From the IMG/VR virus record IMGVR_UViG_3300042973_000021, positions 1 through 64,000 of that record: DNA of 64,000 bases; one strand, given 5' to 3'. Source of the stretch: a virus (lineage: Duplodnaviria > Caudoviricetes). Positions 28,504 through 36,437 of this stretch are shown here, one piece after another. The position numbers and the translations under genes are program-made. Numbering within the stretch: the first letter of the stretch is position 1; each line of letters starts with the position of its first letter. The notes below the pieces were generated by a model. The model saw only the letters and a list, made by a program, of their open reading frames with translations. It was not told where the DNA came from and made no database searches.

Positions 28504-29858
28504 ATCACAGCTTTCACCGCATCGATCAGCGCCGACTGCGTATCGTTCTTGTCTGATAGAGCTCTCAGTATCTGCCCGTCAATTGTGCCTTTGGTAACGA
28601 TGTGCTGGATGACCACGGTATCCGACTGCTGCCCTTGCCGCCAGAGTCTTGCATTCGTCTGCTGATAAAGCTCCAAACTCCATGTCAGGCCGAACCAGAC
28701 AATCGTGCTGCCGCCGTCCTGCAGGTTCAGCCCATGTCCTGCGGAAGCCGGATGGATCAGTCCGACCGGGATTTCCTTCCGGTTCCATCTGCGAATGCTG
28801 TCGTCGGAATCAAGTTTCTCAAATGGTATCTTCCTATCAGCAAGCCGCTCTGTGATTCTCTCGAAATCATGCCGAAACCAGTACGCCACAAGCAGCGGTT
28901 TCCCGTTCGCGGCTTCGATAATATCCTCCAGCACATCCAGCTTCCGGTCGTGAATGCGGGTAATCTTCCCATCATCGGAATACACCGCGCCGTTTGCCAT
29001 CTGGCAGAGCTTACCGGAAAGCGATGCGGCGTTTGCAGCGGTAATCTCCTCTTCGTCCAGCTGCAGCACCAGCTCTTTCTTCATTTTTTCGTATCTCGCA
29101 GTTCCGGCGTCCGACATCACCGCTTCTGCCTGCGTGATAATTTTCTCCGGCATCTGCAGATGGTCGGTACACTTCATGGAAATCGTAATGTCGGATATTT
29201 TCCGGTAAATCTCGTCCTCAGCTCCGGGAAGCAGCGCATAGGAATAAACAATCGGTCCGTTCATCCTGTCAGGTGTAAAGTAGGCGTCACGGTACTGACC
29301 GATAAATCTGCCCAGCCGTTTTCCCATATCGAGAACCTTGAACTCCGCAAATAAATCCATAAGTCCATTGCTGCTTGGCGTTCCGGTAAGACCTACGATG
29401 CGTTTCACCTTCGGCCTTGCCTTCATCAGCGATCGGAACCGCTTAGCCTTGTGGTTTTTGAAGGATGACAGCTCATCAATCACAACCATGTCCCAGCTCC
29501 AAGGGACGCCGCTCTCCTCAATCAGCCAGGATATGTTCTCGCGGTTGATAATCGTGACATCCGCTCCGTCGTTCAGTGCCGCGATTCTCTCTGCCGGAGT
29601 TCCGACCGCGACGGAATAGGTCAGCCCTTTCAGGTGATCCCACTTTTCGATTTCTGCGGGCCAGGTGTTCTTTGCAACCCGGAGAGGTGCAATAACCAGA
29701 ACCCGCTGCACCTCGAAGAACTCATACATCAGCTCATAAACCGCCGTCAGTGTAATCACGCTCTTGCCCATGCCCATATCAAGCAGGATTGCAGCTATGG
29801 GATTTTCGACGATGAAGTCGGCGGCATATTTCTGATAATCATGTGGAGAGTATTTCAT
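28500..29858 (-). CDS. SNF2-like helicase
   Basis: DMGMGKS, VIDELS, LTGTP, GHGLNLQ and QTNARLWRQGQ motifs. Confidence 0.92.
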   Translation of the reverse strand: MKYSPHDYQKYAADFIVENPIAAILLDMGMGKSVITLTAVYELMYEFFEVQRVLVIAPLRVAKNTWPAEIEKWDHLKGLTYSVAVGTPAERIAALNDGADVTIINRENISWLIEESGVPWSWDMVVIDELSSFKNHKAKRFRSLMKARPKVKRIVGLTGTPSSNGLMDLFAEFKVLDMGKRLGRFIGQYRDAYFTPDRMNGPIVYSYALLPGAEDEIYRKISDITISMKCTDHLQMPEKIITQAEAVMSDAGTARYEKMKKELVLQLDEEEITAANAASLSGKLCQMANGAVYSDDGKITRIHDRKLDVLEDIIEAANGKPLLVAYWFRHDFERITERLADRKIPFEKLDSDDSIRRWNRKEIPVGLIHPASAGHGLNLQDGGSTIVWFGLTWSLELYQQTNARLWRQGQQSDTVVIQHIVTKGTIDGQILRALSDKNDTQSALIDAVKAVM

Positions 29859-30120
29859 CTATTACACCTCCAATCTGCTCCGTGCCATCAATAACGTAAA
29901 CTCGGTATCCAAGCCGTCTGAGAAGTTTATGCCTTGAAACCTGCAACGGTCTCGGCTTCTTTCCCGGCGCTTTAATCTCGGCAAATGCCATCCTCCCATC
30001 AGGAAGAAGAACCAGCCTGTCTGGCATCCCGTCAAATCCGGGCGAGACGAACTTCGGACAGATGCCACCGCGATTTTTCACCTCGGATACTAATTTTGCT
30101 TCTATATGTTTTTCCTTCAC
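29839..30120 (-). CDS. VRR-NUC domain nuclease
   Basis: GMPDRLVL..FAEIKAPG..PLQ motif. Confidence 0.9.
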   Translation of the reverse strand: MKEKHIEAKLVSEVKNRGGICPKFVSPGFDGMPDRLVLLPDGRMAFAEIKAPGKKPRPLQVSRHKLLRRLGYRVYVIDGTEQIGGVIDEILST

Positions 30121-30145
30121 TTCAAACCTCCATCAAAAATTGATG

Positions 30146-30245
30146 GGTGCAGGTCGGTGAGTCTCTATTCTTAAAACCCCTATATAGAATTATTTTTTTT
30201 AGCCCTTATAGGACTTTTATATAAAGAGGTTCATCGACCTGCACC
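30146..30245. other. Putative replication origin (inverted repeat flanking an AT-rich core)
   Basis: GGTGCAGGTCG (30146-30156)/CGACCTGCACC (30235-30245) enclose an AT-rich segment directly downstream of the primase gene. Confidence 0.5.
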
Positions 30246-30255
30246 TTTTTGAAAA

Positions 30256-32550
30256 TCAGTCCAGAAAGTCCTGCGCTTCCTTGAGCTTCAGACCGTAAAC
30301 AATAATGCCTTTCTTTGTCTTCCTTCTCTGGAATCCAGCTTTCTCCAGATTGCCGTAGAAATCAGAAGTGCTTCTGGTGAACTCACCTGTCTGCATGCAG
30401 ACGCTGCGGTACTGCTGATACAGGTCTCCGGACTTTTCTGTGAATGATGGATCAACATCGCAGTGTTCCTCAATGAACTGTCCCAGCCAGTCATTGTCCT
30501 CGCGGTATTTCTCGACCGCATCCCGGACGGCCTTCGGTTCCGGGATCTTAAAACCCTTCTTGATAGCGATGCCCGCGCCTTCAATAATCCATTTCATGAT
30601 GGCAGGCCCGGCGTTCTCAAACAGGTAGTCGGAATAGTTCTTGATGTCGCTTTTCCCGCTGATCTTGGCATTAAACGGAATGACAATCAGCCGTCTCCAC
30701 GTTCCGTCATCATTAGCAGAAACCTTTGGCAGGTAATTGGTATACAGGACAAGCGTGTGCGAAGGATCGAAATGAAACGGGTCCTTATATTTCTTTTCCG
30801 CCTCGATGGGGTCAATGCTACAGAGCTGCTTTACCATGCCGGTATTCAGGCGCTGCCCTTCTTCCAGCTCTGATGCGATAATCAGGCGCTTGCCTTTGAG
30901 CTCCGCCATTTCCGGCTTCACGTTTCGTTTGCAGTTCATGGTCAGCGCTTCGGCGGATATCTTCCCGGAGTAATTTCCGAGAACTCTCGCGATGGTGTTC
31001 CAGAAGGTGGACTTTCCGTTCGCGCCGCCGCCATAGGCGATGATCATCTGTTCGGCATATACTCTTCCGACCGCCGCCATCCCGACGATCTGCTGCACAT
31101 AATCAATGAGTTCCTGATCCTTGCAGAAGAACAAATCAAGATTCTCCAACCAGAGCTTCATGCCCTTGTCACCCGGAGAGCAGGCGGTTATTTTCGTAAT
31201 GAGATCATCCGGATCATGCGGATGGCTTCCGTTCAGGCCCTTGGTCAGGTCGTATGTGGCATCCGGCGTGTTCAGAAGCTCCGGATCATAATCAAGCTCC
31301 GATACATCCAGCGCCAGCATCGGCTTTGCCGCATTCTGCGCGTTGACAATGTACCGGTAGTTGCGGTATTTCATGACGAACTTCTTATATGTATCCGCAC
31401 CGATCAACGCGAACAGAAATCCCATTTTCTTCTCCGGCACCTGGTTCATGAGCTTTTTGCTTCTGGACTTGACGTCCGCCTCCGGAATTCCGATGGCGAC
31501 GAGATTTTCTTCCGCGATGCGGATTGCTTCTTCTGCGTCTGTTAGCTGGTCGTCCATGAAATCTTCTACAATGCCGAGGGACTTCTGCTTGTCCTCGTAC
31601 CAGCGGTCGCCGCCGAAAGCGATGAAGTCCGTCGCGCTTGTGAAACGAAGCTTGTCCTCGCAATGCGCCGCGATGACTTTTGCCTCGCCAATGTCTGAGT
31701 AATCGTCCGGCTTCAGGAAGCTGCTGCCGAACGAATCCTCATATTCATCCGGCGGGACATATCCTTCGCTGGTTTCAATCTTGCTTTTGAAAAACTTCAA
31801 AGCGCTGCGCCAGATCGTTCTGAGTTCCTTATCCGGCAGCGGCGGATCACATTTTGCGGCGCGTTCCAGATAGGCTTCATGCGCCTTCTCTGTATCGCCG
31901 AACCTCTTCAGAACCCGGCTTGCGAAATGGGACATCGTATTATTGCGGCTGCCCTCCGGGATGGAGCCTCCGGTATACATTGGCGGTTCAGCCTTAGCAC
32001 CAGCGTCACCATCAAAATCCGATGCCTCGAGAATCTCATCAATCTGGCAAATGCCTTCGTTCCAGATGACATCTTCCGGCTTGACGTCCGATCCGAAAAA
32101 GAACCGCGCTGCGTTGAGTGCCTTCCTGTCCAGAAACGGATATCTATTCTGAATAGCTGTCTTTACACTGTTATAAAGATCCGCGTCGGTATATTTCCTT
32201 ACCGGAAACAGGATATGAAGCCTCGGTCTTGGAGACTTTTCGCCTTTCCACTTCATGTTGTTGCGGCTCGGCAGAATTACATGATCTACATCCTTCAGTT
32301 CCTCATGCAGCTTCTCCGCCGTCATCCAATCATCCGGATTCTCCGAATGATCGTTGTCGCAATCCTGCGGTATGCAGAACGACTCCTCGAAGTTCTCGAT
32401 TTTCCGATAGCTGTTCTTGTATTTTGCAAACACCTGATCATGCTTTGCTGCCTCTGCAATTCCCGCGGCATCCGTGATGACCTGCTTATGCGGATAGGTG
32501 CAGTTCTCGGCATCCTCTCTGACATCCGCCGTGTATAAAATCACTTCCAT
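30256..32550 (-). CDS. Phage/plasmid primase-helicase, P4 family
   Basis: DCDNDH AEP-like motif, PriCT (EGSRNNTM), D5-type SF3 helicase (GGGANGKST, WRRL). Confidence 0.92.
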   Translation of the reverse strand: MEVILYTADVREDAENCTYPHKQVITDAAGIAEAAKHDQVFAKYKNSYRKIENFEESFCIPQDCDNDHSENPDDWMTAEKLHEELKDVDHVILPSRNNMKWKGEKSPRPRLHILFPVRKYTDADLYNSVKTAIQNRYPFLDRKALNAARFFFGSDVKPEDVIWNEGICQIDEILEASDFDGDAGAKAEPPMYTGGSIPEGSRNNTMSHFASRVLKRFGDTEKAHEAYLERAAKCDPPLPDKELRTIWRSALKFFKSKIETSEGYVPPDEYEDSFGSSFLKPDDYSDIGEAKVIAAHCEDKLRFTSATDFIAFGGDRWYEDKQKSLGIVEDFMDDQLTDAEEAIRIAEENLVAIGIPEADVKSRSKKLMNQVPEKKMGFLFALIGADTYKKFVMKYRNYRYIVNAQNAAKPMLALDVSELDYDPELLNTPDATYDLTKGLNGSHPHDPDDLITKITACSPGDKGMKLWLENLDLFFCKDQELIDYVQQIVGMAAVGRVYAEQMIIAYGGGANGKSTFWNTIARVLGNYSGKISAEALTMNCKRNVKPEMAELKGKRLIIASELEEGQRLNTGMVKQLCSIDPIEAEKKYKDPFHFDPSHTLVLYTNYLPKVSANDDGTWRRLIVIPFNAKISGKSDIKNYSDYLFENAGPAIMKWIIEGAGIAIKKGFKIPEPKAVRDAVEKYREDNDWLGQFIEEHCDVDPSFTEKSGDLYQQYRSVCMQTGEFTRSTSDFYGNLEKAGFQRRKTKKGIIVYGLKLKEAQDFLD

Positions 32551-32554
32551 ATAG

Positions 32555-33313
32555 TTAATCCTCCCTGAACAGGACGTATTCACGGCCCTGGTATTCTTCT
32601 TTCAGCTTTCCCTTGATATATGGCTTCACATATGAAACGCGGCCATCTCTGTAATGGCGGTAATGACCTCGAACGCCCCATGCCGGACAATGCCATTCGG
32701 TAAAATTTCTGTGGTTGACCTGAACCTTAGAAATATCTCCTTTGAAATGTGAGATACGGACCTTTCCCGGTTTCGTGAACGGCGCGGCAAGCGGCAGATT
32801 GCTTCTGATGCCTTTCCTGTATTCCTTACGTTCGTTCAGCTCTATCGGTCTAAAGTGAAGCAGATACTGAATTGCAAAGAATGAAAGATATACGCAGTCC
32901 TCATGGTCAGAAAGCTCATTATCTCCGTGTGCCGCAAGATACTCCGGCAATACAGCTCTTGCACCTTCCACCGTGCCGCTGGCTCCAATCCATTCATAGG
33001 TTTCCATGAAAAACATCGCCTTTCTGCCAAGCGTTGTGAAACAGATGCCCGCAAAGGCGCGGGAAGAATAAACTTTTCTTCCGTCCAGCGCTGGTGCAGG
33101 TACTTTCTCCGGATCGATGCCTTCCTCAAAAATCAACTCGCAATGTCCCTTATCATCTCTGCACTCCAGCATGAATTTCTCCAGTGCCGGATTATCGAGG
33201 AGTCTTTGCCGCTCAGAATCCTTGAGCTGTAATCCCAAGTCTGCTAAAGACTGAAGCTGTGATTCTGTAACAGCAATCCAGTTTGTGCGGATTTTCTCGT
33301 CGCTTTCTGTCAT
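32555..33313 (-). CDS. Hypothetical protein with C-terminal VRGHYR motif
   Basis: 252 aa, coupled to neighbours, WGVRGHYRHYRDGRVSYVKPYIKG. Confidence 0.7.
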   Translation of the reverse strand: MTESDEKIRTNWIAVTESQLQSLADLGLQLKDSERQRLLDNPALEKFMLECRDDKGHCELIFEEGIDPEKVPAPALDGRKVYSSRAFAGICFTTLGRKAMFFMETYEWIGASGTVEGARAVLPEYLAAHGDNELSDHEDCVYLSFFAIQYLLHFRPIELNERKEYRKGIRSNLPLAAPFTKPGKVRISHFKGDISKVQVNHRNFTEWHCPAWGVRGHYRHYRDGRVSYVKPYIKGKLKEEYQGREYVLFRED

Positions 33314-33660
33314 GCCCGCACCTCCTCACACGCTTCCGTGAAATAACGGATTGTCATCCTGCGCTGCCTTGCTCTGTCGATCTCCGTCTTCATGCCAGAG
33401 GATACCCGGCTGCCAAACACCCACAGCTCGTCGCATTTCCCGAGGAAGATCAGATCCATAAAGAGCGCAAGCTCTCGTTCACTGTCCTCCTTCATGTATT
33501 GCGGCAGCATCAGATGCGGCGTGAGCGGTATTGCTCCCTCATCTACTGCGAAGCGGCTGTACCTTCTCGCATCCTGAGTGTTCTTATCTGTATCGCCGGA
33601 ATATGGCGAGCAGACATAAACGAGCGGACGGTACTGCTTCTTCTGATTTGTGTTAGCCAT
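33310..33660 (-). CDS. DUF4406-like (nucleoside deoxyribosyltransferase-fold) protein
   Basis: VYVCSPYSGD..PH..CDELWVFG..SSGMKTEI motif. AAGGAG RBS before ATG 33660. Confidence 0.75.
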   Translation of the reverse strand: MANTNQKKQYRPLVYVCSPYSGDTDKNTQDARRYSRFAVDEGAIPLTPHLMLPQYMKEDSERELALFMDLIFLGKCDELWVFGSRVSSGMKTEIDRARQRRMTIRYFTEACEEVRA

Positions 33661-33711
33661 CGTCACTAACTCCTTTCGTTTATTTGTGAAAGGCTTTTCA
33701 TCCCTTCCGAT

Positions 33712-33744
33712 GGCTATGTAGCCAAACCGGTCATTTTTCCGGTC
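33712..33744 (-). promoter_or_regulatory. Phage-specific promoter-like motif, copy 2
   Basis: GACCGGAAAA-ATGACCG-GTTTGGCTACATAGCC on the minus strand. Confidence 0.75.
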
Positions 33745-33837
33745 CCGGCAAAGAAATATTTCAAAACGCGCAAAAAGACCTGCATCGCTGCCTTTGAATA
33801 AGGAAGAAATGCAGGTCTTAAAAATTTTTTTGGATTT

Positions 33838-33870
33838 GACCGGAAAATCCGGGTGTTTGGCTACATAGCC
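33838..33870 (+). promoter_or_regulatory. Phage-specific promoter-like motif, copy 3
   Basis: GACCGGAAAA-TCCGGGT-GTTTGGCTACATAGCC, followed by an AAAGGAGG RBS. Confidence 0.75.
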
Positions 33871-33892
33871 GGTGAAAGGAGGACAGACAGCC

Positions 33893-34111
33893 ATGCAGGA
33901 AACAAGAGAAATGAAATCACCGGCCGAAAAGCGTGAGCTGATCGATACGCTGATCGCCATCAGCGTTGTGTCAAGACGGCTGGCGAGAAAACTCGAAATG
34001 CAGATGTTAAAGGAGGACAAACATGGGCAAGATGAGCGAACTGTCGATGACGCTCGACGCGCTGATCGACACAGGGCAGAAGTTAACAGAATGCGGAGAA
34101 GAGCTGATTAA
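33893..34111 (+). CDS. Small hypothetical protein
   Basis: Strong RBS, LIAISVVSRRLARKL helix. The 3' part overlaps the next gene. Confidence 0.55.
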   Translation: MQETREMKSPAEKRELIDTLIAISVVSRRLARKLEMQMLKEDKHGQDERTVDDARRADRHRAEVNRMRRRAD

Positions 34112-34391
34112 GACGGCAAGGGAAATCCGGGCTGCGTTCTCGGAGCCGGAACCCGCAGCAGAGCCGAAGGCCACTGCTCCGACGCAGGAAGAAGCTACCG
34201 CCACACCGGAGAAGGAGCCTGAGAAAACCTATACCAAAGAGGAAGTGCGAAAACTCCTCGCAGAGAAGTCGGTGGCAGGCTTCCGGGAACAGGCAAAGGC
34301 TCTGGTGAAGAAATACGGCGGAGGGAGTCTGACGGACGTCGATCCGGCGAAGTATCCCGACCTCGTCAAGGAAGCGGAGGCACTGCAATGA
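34023..34391 (+). CDS. Conserved phage replication-region protein
   Basis: Pro/Glu linker, then EEVRKLLAEKS..LVKKYG..LTDVDPAKY. Usual neighbour of DUF2800. Confidence 0.75.
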   Translation: MGKMSELSMTLDALIDTGQKLTECGEELIKTAREIRAAFSEPEPAAEPKATAPTQEEATATPEKEPEKTYTKEEVRKLLAEKSVAGFREQAKALVKKYGGGSLTDVDPAKYPDLVKEAEALQ

Positions 34392-35509
34392 GCAAGCACG
34401 CACTGCTCTCCGCGTCATCGTGCCACCGATGGCTTCAGTGTCCGCCGAGCGCAAAGAGATGCGCCAGTGTTCCAGACCAGTCAAGCGAATACGCCAGACA
34501 GGGAACCGCCGCACATGAGCTCTGCCAGTACAAGGTAGAACACGCACTCGGCAGAAACGCGCGAGACCCGACTGAGGATCTGGATTATTTCGACGAGGAG
34601 ATGGACCGGTGTTCCGATCAGTACTGCTCTTATGTAACGGAGCAGGTCGAGGAAGCAAAGAAACACTGCGCTGATCCGGCAGTATTCGTAGAACAGCGAC
34701 TGGATTTCTCTCGCTGGGTGCCGGAAGGCTTCGGAACCGGCGACTGCGTGATCGCCGCGGATGAGCTTCTCCAGATCATCGATTACAAGCATGGTCTTGG
34801 AATACTCGTGAACGCCGAAATGAATCCGCAGATGATGTGTTACGCACTGGGAGCTTTGGAAATGTTCGATGGAATCTACGACATCGAGAATATTCGGATG
34901 ACCATCTTCCAGCCAAGGCGCGACAACATCAGCACCTTCGAGATTTCCAAGGCGGATCTTCTCAAATGGGCAGACGAGGTACTCGCTCCCGCCGCAAGGC
35001 TCGCCTACAAAGGTGAGGGAGAATACAAGGCCGGAGACCACTGCCAGTTCTGCGCCGTGAAAGCGACCTGCCGGAAACGCGCCGAGTACAATCTGGAGCT
35101 CGCGAAGTACGACTTCCAGATGCCGCCGGACTTATCCGACGATGAGATCGACATGGTTCTTATGAAGGCGGATGAGCTCGTATCCTGGGCGAACGACATT
35201 AAGGAATACGCCCTGCAGCAGGCTCTCTCCGGGACGGAATATCCTGATTTCAAAGTAGTAGCGGGACGCTCCGTCACGAAATATACCGATGAAGATGCTG
35301 TTGCAGAAACCGTAAAGAAGCTGGGCTATGAGCCCTACGAGCGAAAGCTCCTCGGCATCACGGCAATGAAATCTCTTCTCGGCAAGAAGCAGTTTGAAGA
35401 GGCTCTCGGTAGCCTGACTTACAAGCCACCGGGAAAACCGACACTCGTACCAAAGTCGGACAAGCGTCCGGCGATGAATACAGCAAAAACAGATTTTGAA
35501 AATGTTTAA
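34388..35509 (+). CDS. DUF2800 family (Cas4-like PD-(D/E)xK exonuclease)
   Basis: HALLSAS..RW..CPPS, GTAAHE, FGTGD..IIDYKHG, Q..YALG and HCQFC..C motifs. Confidence 0.85.
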   Translation: MSKHALLSASSCHRWLQCPPSAKRCASVPDQSSEYARQGTAAHELCQYKVEHALGRNARDPTEDLDYFDEEMDRCSDQYCSYVTEQVEEAKKHCADPAVFVEQRLDFSRWVPEGFGTGDCVIAADELLQIIDYKHGLGILVNAEMNPQMMCYALGALEMFDGIYDIENIRMTIFQPRRDNISTFEISKADLLKWADEVLAPAARLAYKGEGEYKAGDHCQFCAVKATCRKRAEYNLELAKYDFQMPPDLSDDEIDMVLMKADELVSWANDIKEYALQQALSGTEYPDFKVVAGRSVTKYTDEDAVAETVKKLGYEPYERKLLGITAMKSLLGKKQFEEALGSLTYKPPGKPTLVPKSDKRPAMNTAKTDFENV

Positions 35510-35522
35510 GGAGGACAAGATT

Positions 35523-36092
35523 ATGTCAAAGAAGTTTATCAATCCCACGAAGGTTATCACCGGCCCGCAGACCAGATGGAGCTATGCAAACGTCTGGGAC
35601 GCGAAATCCATCAACGGCGGCACGCCGAAATTCAGCGTCAGCCTCATCATCCCGAAGTCTGACACGGTGACCGTGAACAAGATCAAGGCAGCGATTCAGG
35701 CAGCTTACGAGGAAGGCGAGTCGAAGCTCAAGGGCAATTCCAGAAGCGTTCCTCCGCTTTCCGCAATCAAGACGCCTCTCCGTGATGGTGACGCTGAGCG
35801 TCCGGATGATCCGGCCTACGCAAACAGCTACTTCATCAACGCCAACAGCACCACGGCTCCCGGCATCGTGGATGCCGACCGCAATCCGATTCTGGAACGC
35901 AGCGAAGTCTACTCCGGCGTTTACGGCAGAACGTCCATCAATCTGTACGCTTTCAACACGAACGGCAACAAGGGTATCGCCTGCGGCCTGAACAATCTGC
36001 AGAAGATCCGCGATGGCGAACCGCTCGGAAGCAGAAGCCGCGCCGAGGACGACTTCGACATTGACGATGATGACGACGATTTTCTGAACTGA
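35523..36092 (+). CDS. DUF2815 family ssDNA-binding protein (T7 gp2.5-like)
   Basis: PLRDGD, YSGVYGR and GLNNLQKIRDGEPL motifs, acidic tail ending FLN. Confidence 0.88.
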   Translation: MSKKFINPTKVITGPQTRWSYANVWDAKSINGGTPKFSVSLIIPKSDTVTVNKIKAAIQAAYEEGESKLKGNSRSVPPLSAIKTPLRDGDAERPDDPAYANSYFINANSTTAPGIVDADRNPILERSEVYSGVYGRTSINLYAFNTNGNKGIACGLNNLQKIRDGEPLGSRSRAEDDFDIDDDDDDFLN

Positions 36093-36171
36093 TTGCAAAT
36101 AACTGAAAACCATAGTGGGCGGCGGCTGTCCCGCCGCTGTCCACGGCAATTTAAGAAAAGAGGTATACATC

Positions 36172-36369
36172 ATGGAACTTGCAAACAATGTAGTAGCTTT
36201 GATCGCCAACAGCTTATGCTGCGTCCTTATCCTGGCATTTATCGTCGGAGTGGTTCAGGGCATCCGCTTCATGCTTCAGGCAAAGAATCAGGACAAGGAA
36301 GAATATGAGCTCAAGAAGGAAAAGGAACAGCTCGATCTGGAAGAACAGAAAGCGCGTTTGAAAAACTGA
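36172..36369 (+). CDS. Small single-TM membrane protein
   Basis: 65 aa, hydrophobic N-terminus and charged coiled tail, AGAGG RBS. Confidence 0.6.
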   Translation: MELANNVVALIANSLCCVLILAFIVGVVQGIRFMLQAKNQDKEEYELKKEKEQLDLEEQKARLKN

Positions 36370-36437
36370 ATAAAACAATCGAAACGGCGGGCGGCAGGGT
36401 TCTCTCTGCCGCCTTTGCCAATTCAGGAGGAATTTGA

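Noticed and set aside
33661-34020. N-terminal 119-aa extension of the DUF4406-like ORF
   Set aside because: It spans the divergent promoter region and a plus-strand gene. The real start with an RBS is ATG 33660.
34388-35509. Cas4-like nuclease suggesting CRISPR-Cas
   Set aside because: No repeat-spacer array or other cas genes in the window. It sits in the standard DUF2800-SSB-pol phage module.
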